Assembly (NCBI GenBank): GCA_016872175.1
Contig: VHBA01000003.1
Coordinates: forward strand, 790 to 64,789
From: Sphingomonadales bacterium
GTDB taxonomy: Bacteria; Bacteroidota; Bacteroidia; NS11-12g; UBA955
Direction: 5' to 3'
Length of the DNA: 64,000 nt
This document shows, one piece after another, positions 48,209-58,277 of the stretch. The number at the start of each line of letters is the position of its first letter. Positions within the stretch are counted from its first letter, which is position 1. The position numbers and the translations under genes are program-made. The notes under the pieces are model-generated. The model was given only the letters and a program-made list of their open reading frames with translations, did no database searches and had not been told where the DNA came from.

Positions 48209-50337
48209 AGATTTTCCAGTATATAATTGGTTATTTTCTTATAAAGGTGAGCGCGGTCAGGTCCAACCACATTGTGCTTGTGCCCGGGATACAGGTAGAA
48301 ATCTACATTGGTATTCATTTTTTTAACAGCCTCCTGCAAATACATATAGCTGTGCTGAGGTACAACCACATCATCATCCATGCCATGAATCATTAATAGT
48401 TTACCTTGTAGCTGGTCTACATAACCTAAAAGATTCGCTTTTTTATATCCATCAGGGTTTTCGTTGGGTTTGTTCATATACCTTTCGGTATACATGATTT
48501 CATAATATTTCCAGTCAATTACCGGTCCTCCTGCCACGCCCAGTTTGAATGTACCCGGATATCTGGTCATGAGAGAGGTTGTCATGAATCCTCCAAAGCT
48601 CCAGCCGTGAACAGCCATGCGATTTGTGTCAATAAACCCTCTTTTTATAAGCTGTTCCAGCGCAAAAAGCTGATCGTTCATTTCAACGGAACCGAGTTTT
48701 CTGTGTGTTGCACTTTCAAATTCAAAACCACGGTTGGAACTGCCCCGATTGTCTACCGTATATACGATAGTACCTTTTTGCGCAAGGTAGGCCATCCATA
48801 GCGGACCTCCGCCAAGCCAACTTTCAGTTACCATCTGCGCATGCGGGCCTCCATACACATACACGAGTAGCGGATATTTCTTTTTAGGATCGAAATCAGG
48901 CGGTAGAAACATGCGGCCATAAAGGGCGGTATTGGTGTTTAAAATAACCGGTTCTATTCGGATGTCGCCAATCTGATAATCCGTCAAAGGATTTGGTCCT
49001 TCAAAAATAATATTGATTTGGGTTCCATCCAGTTGATGCACACTGTATCTGCGTGGAATCTGCATGGATGTGAAAATATCCATATAAGTTCCTGCATGAG
49101 TATTTAGAAGAACCTTGTGTGTTCCAACTCCCTTGGTGATTTTTACCGGTTTGGGATTGCGATCCCTGAATTTATAAAGATACACATGTCTTTGCAAAGG
49201 ACTTTCCTGGGTACTCTCATAGAAAAAGCCCTGGTTGCCTTTGGTGAATCCCAGAAAGTCAGTAACTGCCCAGTTGCCCTTGGTAAGCTGTATGGGTGCG
49301 CGCTGGTCGTCCATAAGATAAAGATGATTGTAGCCTGACTTTTCACTCATCCACAACCACTTATTGCCTTCCCCGGGTATAAAAATGGGCGGATGTTCGG
49401 GCTCAACATATTTTTCATTCTTCTCTTCATATACGATTTTGTCCAGTTTGCCGTCACTAACCCTGTATTTGCGCAACTGCATGTGATTTTGTTCCCTGTT
49501 TACCCATGCAAGATAAATGGATTGCGCGTCTGGGCTCCAGGCAATGTTGGTTAGATACTGATCATAAGGTCCATCTGTAACTAGGTAGATGGTTTCCTCG
49601 GTGAGGCAGTTGTAAATACCCACTTTCACAGAATGACTGCTGTCGCCGGCCATGGGATAACGAATGTAATTATTTTTGGCAGGTCCATCTGCAATATTGG
49701 TAAGCGGATACTGGGTTACCCGGGTTTCATCCATACGGTAAAACGCCAGTTTATTTCCATCGTTACTCCAGAATAAACCTTTATTGATGCCAAACTCATT
49801 TCTGTGAACGGATTGACCGTAAACTATTCCATTTCCACCATCTGCAGTTATTCGGCGGAGACCACTGGCTGTTACAATGCTGATATTGTCTTTTTCGACC
49901 AAGGCTGTGTTCAGTGAGCTTTCGGCAATTTCAATGGCGTCAAAATTCTCGGAGAATTTACGCTTGGTGATTAGGGTTTTATCTGAAGTGTTATAAATAA
50001 AAAGTCTGCCTTTATTAACAAACCAGCATTCATTTTCTGATTTCCATGTTAACGCAGGAAAAGATTTAATTTCACCGCCTTCTGCAGAAACAAGTTTTGC
50101 AAAGCTTTCCATGGTAAACATCGTATCGCTGAGCAGGGTAGAAGGGTCGGTAGACAGTAGAGCTTTCCCCTTAATTTGTGTGAACCTGTTGGAATTAGGA
50201 ATCCATTGCACACCGCGCAATCCTGATGGTGTAAATTTCGGATTGAAACAATCCTCAATGGTTAATGCCTGATTCTGGGATTTAAGCACTGTGCTGAATA
50301 AGCCGATGCATATGGGAAACAAAAGCAGTTTTCTCAT
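48205..50337 (-). CDS. S9B dipeptidyl peptidase IV / prolyl tripeptidyl peptidase
   Basis: HRNEFGI, YVYGGP, GWSFGG, DDVV, GHKH. Start moved to ATG 50337 (signal peptide). Confidence 0.95.
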   Translation of the reverse strand: MRKLLLFPICIGLFSTVLKSQNQALTIEDCFNPKFTPSGLRGVQWIPNSNRFTQIKGKALLSTDPSTLLSDTMFTMESFAKLVSAEGGEIKSFPALTWKSENECWFVNKGRLFIYNTSDKTLITKRKFSENFDAIEIAESSLNTALVEKDNISIVTASGLRRITADGGNGIVYGQSVHRNEFGINKGLFWSNDGNKLAFYRMDETRVTQYPLTNIADGPAKNNYIRYPMAGDSSHSVKVGIYNCLTEETIYLVTDGPYDQYLTNIAWSPDAQSIYLAWVNREQNHMQLRKYRVSDGKLDKIVYEEKNEKYVEPEHPPIFIPGEGNKWLWMSEKSGYNHLYLMDDQRAPIQLTKGNWAVTDFLGFTKGNQGFFYESTQESPLQRHVYLYKFRDRNPKPVKITKGVGTHKVLLNTHAGTYMDIFTSMQIPRRYSVHQLDGTQINIIFEGPNPLTDYQIGDIRIEPVILNTNTALYGRMFLPPDFDPKKKYPLLVYVYGGPHAQMVTESWLGGGPLWMAYLAQKGTIVYTVDNRGSSNRGFEFESATHRKLGSVEMNDQLFALEQLIKRGFIDTNRMAVHGWSFGGFMTTSLMTRYPGTFKLGVAGGPVIDWKYYEIMYTERYMNKPNENPDGYKKANLLGYVDQLQGKLLMIHGMDDDVVVPQHSYMYLQEAVKKMNTNVDFYLYPGHKHNVVGPDRAHLYKKITNYILENL

Positions 50338-50392
50338 GGTTGTCTTTGTACTTCGCAAATATGGTTGCAAATTTGCGGCCTAATTAATTTTC

Positions 50393-51208
50393 ATGCAAAA
50401 TACAAAGAATTTAATTGAAGAGGCCTGGGAAAACAGAAGTTTATTACAACAACACGAGTATATAAGCGCCATTGAAGTAGTTATTGAAAAGCTGGATAAG
50501 GGTGAATTGCGTGTGGCAGAACCGCTGCCCGACGGGAGTTGGCAAAATAATGACTGGATTAAAAAAGCAGTGATATTGTATTTTCCTACCCGAAAAATGG
50601 AAACCCTGCAGGCAGGCCCCATGGAATTCAATGATAAAATGAAACTTAAAAGTGGCTACGCAGCACTTGGGGTAAGGGTAGTTCCTCACGCCATAGCAAG
50701 GTATGGTGCTTTTCTGGCTTCAGGTGTTATTATGATGCCTTCATATGTAAATATTGGAGCGTATGTAGATTCAGGCACCATGGTAGATACATGGGCTACG
50801 GTTGGAAGTTGTGCTCAGATTGGTAAAAATGTGCATTTAAGCGGTGGCGTTGGAATTGGCGGTGTCTTAGAACCTGTACAGGCCGCTCCTGTGATTATTG
50901 AAGATGATTGTTTTGTAGGCTCGCGTTGCATTGTTGTGGAAGGTGTAAGGGTCGGAAAACAGGCCGTTTTAGGCGCCGGTTTGACGCTTACAATGAGTAC
51001 TAAAATTATGGATGCAGAAACAGGAAAAGAATTGCCCCGTGGCTATATACCGCCAAGAAGTGTGGTTATTCCGGGATCAATTAAAAAAACTTTTACCGGT
51101 GGTGATTTTTATGTTCCCTGTGCACTTATTATTGGCCAACGAAAAGAGAGTACCGATACGAAAACCTCACTGAATGACGCTCTCCGCGATTTTAACGTAG
51201 CTGTCTGA
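50393..51208 (+). CDS. dapD: Tetrahydrodipicolinate N-succinyltransferase
   Basis: LDKGELRVAE, MPSYVNIGAYVD.GTMVDTWATVGSCAQIG. Confidence 0.98.
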   Translation: MQNTKNLIEEAWENRSLLQQHEYISAIEVVIEKLDKGELRVAEPLPDGSWQNNDWIKKAVILYFPTRKMETLQAGPMEFNDKMKLKSGYAALGVRVVPHAIARYGAFLASGVIMMPSYVNIGAYVDSGTMVDTWATVGSCAQIGKNVHLSGGVGIGGVLEPVQAAPVIIEDDCFVGSRCIVVEGVRVGKQAVLGAGLTLTMSTKIMDAETGKELPRGYIPPRSVVIPGSIKKTFTGGDFYVPCALIIGQRKESTDTKTSLNDALRDFNVAV

Positions 51209-52278
51209 TGAATATCGGGTTTGATGCAAAACGCTATTTTAATAACCGCACAGGACTGGGCAATTATAGCCGCAGTGTGGTTGAAGCTTTGCTGAAAAGC
51301 CATCCCGAAAATCAGTATGTATTGTTTTCCTCTGGTCAAGAGGGAAGAACAATAACCTCTGGTCTTGTGGTTGCCGAAACCCGCCGCAAAGGTTCCCTAT
51401 GGCGCGTTATGGGAATGAAAAAAGATCTGGTCAGCACAGGGATTCAAGTTTATCATGGACTTACCAATGAAATTCCCTGGGGACTTAAAGATTCCAGTGT
51501 AAAAACCGTGGTAACCGTACACGACCTGATTTTTAAGCGTTTTCCCGATTACTACAGATTTGCCGATCCCTGGATTTATAATCTTAAAACCCGGTATGCA
51601 CTGCGCAATGCTGGTGTCGTGATTGCCGCCAGTGAAACCACTGCCAATGATATAAAGCGGTTTTACGAAATTGATTCAAGTAAAATAAAAGTAGTTTATC
51701 AGCCTGTGGATGCAGTTTGGTATCAAAAACCGTCTGATTCGCCTGTGAAACCGCCATATATACTTTTTGTAAGCAGTTTCACACAGCGAAAAAATCACGG
51801 AAGTTTGATTGAGGCGTTTGCGAAAATTCAAAAACAAACAGACTTACATCTCGTTTTGGCTGGCGCCAAAGGCGAAACGCTTGAAAAATGCCTTGCATTT
51901 GTTCAGTCTGAAAAGTTGACAGACCGGGTTCATTTTTTTGTTGATTGTGATTTCGAAACCCTTCACTCATTGATGTATGAGGCTTCACTGGTAGTGAACT
52001 GTAGCTTTTTCGAAGGTTTTGGTATTCCGCTTGCCGAGGCAGCGGTTTGTAATAAACCAATGGCAGTTTCAGATATCCCTGTTTTCAGAGAAATTGCAGG
52101 TAAGGCAGCTCGTTATTTCAATCCTAATAATTCGGATGAAATTGCCGCTGTTATGCTGGAAAGCCTTGCGCCTGAATATCAGGTTGGAATGCAGGCTGGC
52201 AGGGGAGAATTGCTTGCTAAAATAGATGCTGATAATATCGCAGGCCAGCTCAACCAAATCTATAAATCATTGGTATAA
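51208..52278 (+). CDS. Glycosyltransferase family 4
   Basis: FDAKRYF.N.TGLGNYSR, TVHDLIF, RKN, EGFGIPLAEA. Confidence 0.93.
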   Translation: MNIGFDAKRYFNNRTGLGNYSRSVVEALLKSHPENQYVLFSSGQEGRTITSGLVVAETRRKGSLWRVMGMKKDLVSTGIQVYHGLTNEIPWGLKDSSVKTVVTVHDLIFKRFPDYYRFADPWIYNLKTRYALRNAGVVIAASETTANDIKRFYEIDSSKIKVVYQPVDAVWYQKPSDSPVKPPYILFVSSFTQRKNHGSLIEAFAKIQKQTDLHLVLAGAKGETLEKCLAFVQSEKLTDRVHFFVDCDFETLHSLMYEASLVVNCSFFEGFGIPLAEAAVCNKPMAVSDIPVFREIAGKAARYFNPNNSDEIAAVMLESLAPEYQVGMQAGRGELLAKIDADNIAGQLNQIYKSLV

Positions 52279-52296
52279 CCCAATCTCTAATAGCTT

Positions 52297-55179
52297 TTAG
52301 TGCGGCTGCCACATTCTGCGCTCATCTCTGCCATCTTTTCCTTCCGGCATCTTGAAAGCCCTGAGATTGTAGGTGAATGTTAGCATATAATATCTTTGCA
52401 ACACATTGGTCTGAACATCTTCATAATAGGTTTCGGTAATGTTTCTGCTCAGGCTGTTATTTTGCTTTATTAAATCAAATGTTGTGAAACGGATTTCAGC
52501 GGTCTTTTTCTTCAAGAATTTATAACCAATTCCGGCATTCCAGAGCAAAAATTTGTTGTTGAAACCACCTGAAAGACCTTTATAAAGCTGGTGGTTAATA
52601 TCGGTTTGCAGTACCAAGCCTTTCCAGGGTTGAACCTGTATGCGGAAGCGGCTGTTTTGGTTGGTGAAACGGCTGTTTAACGAAGTTTGCAGCGTGTTTT
52701 TTACATCAGTAACAGACGTATTGGAAGAAATGGTAAAATCCACTTTTTCCGAAATATTACTGCTGATAACCACGCCCAGACTGGGTGTTAAATTGCGGGA
52801 GTAATTCATTGCATCATTCACTTTGCCCGGTGTACGGCTGATGGAAGCACCTGCATTAATATTTAGGTTGCACTTAATTGATTTTAGGGAAATACTATAG
52901 TTGGCAAAAGTTCTGAAAGATCTGTTTCCATCCATATTTTGAGGCCTGATAAGTTGTGCGCCGCGCCGAAGTAAAATGGATGTTCCATTAATTTGGGTAT
53001 CTGAAAAGGCAATAGTGGTGGTATTCCCAATATAATTACGGGTAAGTGTGCCGGCAATCATCAGAAAAACAGATGAACCTTTCTTCACATTAACCCATGA
53101 ATACCTGCTAAATAATGCATGTTGAAAATCCTGTTGCAGGTTACTGTTACCTATGCTAATGTTGAGCGGGTTGGTGTTATTGGCTACTTCCTGCAACTGA
53201 TCTATAGAGGGTGCATTGGTAGATGATCGGTAAAAAACGCGTAAACCTTCACGCTCATTGGGTTTGTACATGAGCATTCCGCCCGGCAGTATATTTCTGA
53301 AAGGCCTGGAAAGTGCATAAACAGCCGGAAACTGTTGTTCATTGTTAAGCCATGCCTGCTGCGCATTGACACTGATATTCCAGCTCCACCGGTTTTTTTG
53401 CCAGCGATAAGCTATGCCTGCATTGGCATTGCTGTAGCGGCTGTTGAAATTATTAGATAGTAAAGTATCAGGGCGCGTATACTCAAGGGTTGCACTATCA
53501 AATGCATTGGTATTGCGGTCACTTCGTGTTTTGTTTAGGTTGCCATTTGCCGAAAAGCTCCATATTGCGTTTTTTCCTGCGGGTTCAGTGTAGGTAATGC
53601 TGCCACTGCCGGTAGTGGATTCGCGAAGTTGACCTGCTTTGACATTATTTAATAAAACCGGTCCGGAAGACTGCTTTTGTACCGTTTCAGTAGACCAACT
53701 GCTCTTTCCATTATTGCTGCTCAATCCGGGTGTGGCGTTCAGTGTTAGCGAACGCCCTCTTTTTTTGTAGCGCACATTGTACTGTAAGCCAATGCTGGCA
53801 TTATAGCCTGTCAGGCTTGCCTGATAATAGTTGCCGGTGGTATTGATTTCAAGGTTGTTCAGTGCATTGTTACCCGATACCATATATTCTGGTTTGTTTA
53901 TCTGCAGACTTACTTTTGACGTTACCAGGAAACTTCTCATGGTGTCAGGTTTCCACTCCCAGCGCGCGTTTAGGCGATGATTGGTGTTTTGGGTCTTGGC
54001 TGTACTGTTTTCATTGTATACAAGACCATTCTGGTTACCGGTCACATAAAATCGTCGGGTACCGGAAACGTTATTGTTTTCTGTTGTGTTGCCGAAATAA
54101 GAAAAACTCAACTCTGATTTTTTCCATTTGTTGCTGTAGTTTAATCCAAAGGCCATGGTCTGTGTTATGCCATTGCGCTGATCAACCGTAAAATTGTCGG
54201 ATGGAGAGGGAGGGCCGTAACTTCCGCCGCCGGGGCGTCTCATTCCACCCATGCCACCCATCATACCGCGCATTCCACCGCCTCCGCCACTGCCAGCCAT
54301 TACACCCATCAAATCTTCGGAACTAAAGTTCTGCTCGTTTATATTATTAGCCGCGCCCAAAACGGTAAATCTTTCAGCACCTTTAAATCTGTTTACATTA
54401 CCGGAAAATTTATATCGATCATTGGTGCCATAGCCTCCGTTTACCCTGCCAAATGTGCCATTTCTGAACTGCTGGCGGGTAATAATATTCAAGGTTTTGG
54501 ATGTGTTTCCATCGTCAAAACCTGTGGCTTGTGCCTGATCGCTCTTGCGGTCAAATACCTGAATTTTATCAATTACTTCAGCCGGTATGTTTCTCAACAC
54601 CGTATTTGGATCATCCCCGAAAAAAGGTCTTCCGTCTACCAGCATTTGTTTTATATTTTCGCCCTGGGCCTGAATTTGTCCATTGTTATTGGTTATTCCG
54701 GGCATTTTAGTAACCAGATCTTCAGCGGTAGCGTCAGGGTTTGTTTTGTATGCCGATGCGGAATGTTCAGTGGTGTCGCCTTTTAACCTTACCGGTGCTG
54801 CATCCGAAACAATCAATACCTCCTTTATTTTTCCAGTGTCATGCATATTCATATAAAGAATCCGCAAATCATGGGATTCATCAGCATCATCAAAATTGAA
54901 AAAAGCGACGTAGGATTCAAATCCTTCAGCATTGGCATTTAGCCTGTATTTGCCTGGTTTAAAAACTTTCAGACGGAAAAATCCTGTAGAATCAGTGCGG
55001 CTTCTGAAAATAGCAGAATCTGCATTAAGGAGTGTAAATTTCAAAAAACAGGGAAAAACAGCCTTGCCTTTAATGGATTGTATTTTTCCGGAAACAGGTA
55101 TTCCTTTTTCCGAATTATTGCCCTGCGCCCCCAGTTTAGTGCTGACAAGCAGCAAAAACCCAATTAGTAAAATTCGCAT
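52297..55179 (-). CDS. Large outer-membrane beta-barrel protein (TonB-dependent-receptor-like)
   Basis: KGDTTE...AEDL..KMPG, VDGRPFFGDDP, GN..L, DLIKQN...RYYMLTFTYN. Start moved to ATG 55179. Confidence 0.88.
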   Translation of the reverse strand: MRILLIGFLLLVSTKLGAQGNNSEKGIPVSGKIQSIKGKAVFPCFLKFTLLNADSAIFRSRTDSTGFFRLKVFKPGKYRLNANAEGFESYVAFFNFDDADESHDLRILYMNMHDTGKIKEVLIVSDAAPVRLKGDTTEHSASAYKTNPDATAEDLVTKMPGITNNNGQIQAQGENIKQMLVDGRPFFGDDPNTVLRNIPAEVIDKIQVFDRKSDQAQATGFDDGNTSKTLNIITRQQFRNGTFGRVNGGYGTNDRYKFSGNVNRFKGAERFTVLGAANNINEQNFSSEDLMGVMAGSGGGGGMRGMMGGMGGMRRPGGGSYGPPSPSDNFTVDQRNGITQTMAFGLNYSNKWKKSELSFSYFGNTTENNNVSGTRRFYVTGNQNGLVYNENSTAKTQNTNHRLNARWEWKPDTMRSFLVTSKVSLQINKPEYMVSGNNALNNLEINTTGNYYQASLTGYNASIGLQYNVRYKKRGRSLTLNATPGLSSNNGKSSWSTETVQKQSSGPVLLNNVKAGQLRESTTGSGSITYTEPAGKNAIWSFSANGNLNKTRSDRNTNAFDSATLEYTRPDTLLSNNFNSRYSNANAGIAYRWQKNRWSWNISVNAQQAWLNNEQQFPAVYALSRPFRNILPGGMLMYKPNEREGLRVFYRSSTNAPSIDQLQEVANNTNPLNISIGNSNLQQDFQHALFSRYSWVNVKKGSSVFLMIAGTLTRNYIGNTTTIAFSDTQINGTSILLRRGAQLIRPQNMDGNRSFRTFANYSISLKSIKCNLNINAGASISRTPGKVNDAMNYSRNLTPSLGVVISSNISEKVDFTISSNTSVTDVKNTLQTSLNSRFTNQNSRFRIQVQPWKGLVLQTDINHQLYKGLSGGFNNKFLLWNAGIGYKFLKKKTAEIRFTTFDLIKQNNSLSRNITETYYEDVQTNVLQRYYMLTFTYNLRAFKMPEGKDGRDERRMWQPH

Positions 55180-55334
55180 CAAAAAATTGTAGCTGCAAAG
55201 ATGCGAAAGGTTTCTGATGTTTTTGTAAGGTAAAACCCCACTTTTGTTGAATATTAAACCAATAAAATTATTTTCATCACTTATGCACAAACCTTGTCAA
55301 CCTGCCGCCTTCCGTTTTATTTTGCAATCGGTTC

Positions 55335-56447
55335 ATGGAACAGTATATCGTATCAGCACGCAAGTATCGTCCTACCCACTTTGACGCCGTGGTAGGGCAG
55401 AAGCACGTTGCCGATACACTGATGCGCGAAATTGAAAGCAATAAGCTGGCCCAGGCATTTCTCTTTACCGGCCCCAGGGGTGTGGGCAAAACAACCTGTG
55501 CAAGGATTCTGGCCAAAGTAATAAACAGTATAGACGGAGCTGTAGATCCCAAACAGGATTTTGCCTTCAATATTTTTGAACTCGATGCCGCCAGCAATAA
55601 TTCGGTGGATGATATCCGCAATTTGCAGGAGCAGGTGCGAATTCCACCGCAGGTGGGTAAATACAAGGTGTATATTATTGATGAGGTACACATGCTGTCT
55701 CCCAGTGCCTTCAACGCTTTTTTAAAAACACTGGAAGAACCGCCCTCGTACGCCATTTTTATTCTTGCCACCACCGAAAAACACAAAATACTCCCAACCA
55801 TTCTCAGCCGCTGTCAGGTTTTTAATTTTAACCGGATTGAAGTGCGGGATATGGTAGAACACCTGAAACAAATCGCCGAAAAAGAGGGCGTTTCTGCTGA
55901 GGAAGATGCCCTGCATTTGATTGCCAGAAAAGCAGACGGTGGCTTGCGCGACGCATTGTCTATTTTTGATCAACTGGTTAGCTACAGCGATGGTGGCCTT
56001 ACCTATGCAAAATCCGTAGAGGTTCTGAACGAACTGGATGCAGATACCTATTTCGAGATTACAGATTCCATACTGAAAGGCGATTCAGGAAGTTGCATAA
56101 TAACGCTGGATAGCATTATCCGTCATGGTTTTGATGGTTCGGTTTTTATAGCCGGACTAACAGCCCATTTCCGCAACCTGGCAGTTTGTAAGGATGTCCG
56201 CACAGCATCATTGCTGGATATGTCTGATAATTTCAGGAAGAAATATGCCGAGCAGGCATCTGATATGGGTTTTTCTCTCATTTTGAATGGATTAAACCTG
56301 CTAAATGAATGCGATGAGAAATATAAAATCAGCCGCCATCCCCGGTTGCTGCTGGAACTGACGCTGATGAAACTCGCAAACCTCAAGTCGTTTATCTCTC
56401 ATGTGGCTACCCTTGAGGAATTAAAAAAAAAAGCCCTGAACCCTTAG
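55335..56447 (+). CDS. dnaX: DNA polymerase III gamma/tau, N-terminal part (gamma, 370 aa)
   Basis: ARKYRP, GPRGVGKTT, ELDAASNNSVDDIR, IIDEVHML, TILSRC. Confidence 0.97.
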   Translation: MEQYIVSARKYRPTHFDAVVGQKHVADTLMREIESNKLAQAFLFTGPRGVGKTTCARILAKVINSIDGAVDPKQDFAFNIFELDAASNNSVDDIRNLQEQVRIPPQVGKYKVYIIDEVHMLSPSAFNAFLKTLEEPPSYAIFILATTEKHKILPTILSRCQVFNFNRIEVRDMVEHLKQIAEKEGVSAEEDALHLIARKADGGLRDALSIFDQLVSYSDGGLTYAKSVEVLNELDADTYFEITDSILKGDSGSCIITLDSIIRHGFDGSVFIAGLTAHFRNLAVCKDVRTASLLDMSDNFRKKYAEQASDMGFSLILNGLNLLNECDEKYKISRHPRLLLELTLMKLANLKSFISHVATLEELKKKALNP

Positions 56448-56457
56448 CCAAGGGTCA
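56423..56457 (+). other. Candidate recoding signal: A10 run plus downstream stem-loop
   Basis: TTA AAA AAA AAA GCC C, then TG(A)ACCCTT-AGCC-AAGGGTCA hairpin (56437-56457) containing the 0-frame TAG. Confidence 0.7.
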
Positions 56458-57031
56458 AAATCAGGCACCGCCTAAGCAGCCCGAATCCACAGAAAAGCTT
56501 ACTGTCAAAGTGCATGAATCCAGGATTCAGTTATCGGGATTTGAGGAATACAAGCAAAAGAAACAGGAAGACAGAAACTCTGCCATCAAAGAAGATAAAA
56601 CGGTCGAAACCAACATAATTCAATCGGAAATCGCCTATGATGAACCTCCGCAGGAGGAACAAAAAGTTGCCGATCCGGCGCCTGTAAGTCAGGAAATGCT
56701 CACGCAATATTGGATTGAATTTAGCCATACCGCCGGTGTCAGGGCCTCCAGTCTCATGAAAGCCATTATCCCCGAATTGCAAAGCAATGAAGTGGTTGTT
56801 ACCATTGCTTCCGCTGCTCAGCAGGATGCTATTGAAGATGTGCGAATGAACTTTATACATTTTGTTACCCAAAAAACGAATGGTGTAATACAATCATTGC
56901 GCATTGAGAAAGGTGCGGCTGAAATAACCGACCGAAAACCCTATACAGAAAAGGAAAAACTGGAGTTTATGCTGTCAAAGAATCCAGAGTGGAAAGAGAT
57001 GATTGAGAAGTTGGGGCTGAGGCTGCCATAA
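56423..57031 (+). CDS. dnaX: DnaX tau C-terminal part in the -1 frame, probably reached by recoding
   Basis: The -1 frame is open from the A10 run (56423-56432) to TAA 57031. It encodes a P/Q/E-rich linker and ends YTEKEKLEFMLSKNP...KLGL, like Bacteroidota tau C-termini. Confidence 0.8.
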   Translation, partial: KKKSPEPLAKGQNQAPPKQPESTEKLTVKVHESRIQLSGFEEYKQKKQEDRNSAIKEDKTVETNIIQSEIAYDEPPQEEQKVADPAPVSQEMLTQYWIEFSHTAGVRASSLMKAIIPELQSNEVVVTIASAAQQDAIEDVRMNFIHFVTQKTNGVIQSLRIEKGAAEITDRKPYTEKEKLEFMLSKNPEWKEMIEKLGLRLP

Positions 57032-57095
57032 CTGACTATTTTCTGTTTAATTTGTGCATAAACCTTGGGTTTTCTTTTGTTCCTTTGCAGTTAGA

Positions 57096-58277
57096 ATGAA
57101 TATGCAAAATTCACCTGTTGAATTTTCTAATACCGAGGTTGCTTTTGCACACATGTCCAATGGGGGGTTGAGCAAAGCCCGCCTGCTTTTTAATAGTTTT
57201 AATTTTCCGGGATTGCTTACACTTGGCCCACCAATGGCGAATATGGCTATTGCCCTGGGTTTTAAAAACCTGATAAAAAACACCATTTTCGAACAATTCT
57301 GCGGCGGAGAGAATGTTGATACCTGTCGTAAAACCATTGACAGGCTTGCTGCTTCCCGCATTGGTACCATCCTCGATTATTCCGTTGAAGGAGAGGAAAG
57401 CGAAGCCAATTTTGACGCTACCTGTGCGGAAATTATCAGAACTATTGATGCAGCTGCAGGCAATAACCATATTCCTTTCTCTGTTTTTAAGACTACCGGT
57501 ATAATTCGATTTGCCCTGCTCGAAAAAATGAGCAGTCATGAAGCCTTAAGCGATTCGGAAAAAGAAGAATGGTCACGTGGTGTGGACCGATTCAATAAAA
57601 TTTGCTCACATGCCGAAGAAAAGCAAGTTAGAATTTTTGTGGACGCCGAAGAGAGCTGGATCCAGGATGCCATAGACCGACTTGCCGAAGAGGCTGCCAA
57701 ACGTCATAATACTAGAAAAGCCATCGTTTTCAATACCATTCAGCTGTACAGACATGACAGGCTTGAATATTTGAAAACCCAGATTGTGTATGCTACCTGG
57801 TTTCTGGGCTTTAAGCTGGTTCGGGGTGCCTACATGGAAAAGGAACGCAAACGCGCCAATGACGTGGGTTATATTGACCCAATTCAGCCAACCAAAGTGG
57901 CATCTGACCATGACTATAACGAGGCACTCAAACATTGCATGCATCATATTGATAAAATTAGCATATGTGCAGGTACCCACAATGAGAATAGCAGCCGCTA
58001 CTTAATGGAATTGATGCAAGAGAAACAATTGCAGCCCGCTGATGAGCGTGTATGGTTCAGCCAGTTGCTGGGAATGAGTGATCATATATCCTACAATCTT
58101 AGTCACGCCGGCTATAATGTTTGCAAATATGTGCCTTACGGTCCTGTAAAAGCCGTGATTCCTTACCTTACAAGAAGGGCAAGGGAAAACAGCAGTGTGG
58201 CAGGACAAATGGGACGTGAGCTTTCGCTCATCGAGCAGGAAATCAAGCGCAGAAAACAAGTGGGGGCGAGAGGTTAA
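57096..58277 (+). CDS. Proline dehydrogenase (monofunctional)
   Basis: QFCGGE, ILDYSVEG, VDAEE, KLVRGAYME, GTHN, QLLGMSD, YLTRRARENS. Confidence 0.95.
   Translation: MNMQNSPVEFSNTEVAFAHMSNGGLSKARLLFNSFNFPGLLTLGPPMANMAIALGFKNLIKNTIFEQFCGGENVDTCRKTIDRLAASRIGTILDYSVEGEESEANFDATCAEIIRTIDAAAGNNHIPFSVFKTTGIIRFALLEKMSSHEALSDSEKEEWSRGVDRFNKICSHAEEKQVRIFVDAEESWIQDAIDRLAEEAAKRHNTRKAIVFNTIQLYRHDRLEYLKTQIVYATWFLGFKLVRGAYMEKERKRANDVGYIDPIQPTKVASDHDYNEALKHCMHHIDKISICAGTHNENSSRYLMELMQEKQLQPADERVWFSQLLGMSDHISYNLSHAGYNVCKYVPYGPVKAVIPYLTRRARENSSVAGQMGRELSLIEQEIKRRKQVGARG

Noticed and set aside
54215-54300. GC-rich low-complexity tract encoding GGGGGMRGMMGGMGGMRRPGGG
   Set aside because: A Gly/Met-rich loop is common in this barrel family. 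It is in frame and is not a repeat element.
56447-56510. Calling dnaX a pseudogene, or the 56510 ORF an unrelated hypothetical gene
   Set aside because: dnaX is essential, both halves are intact, and the -1 frame is open back to the A10 run.
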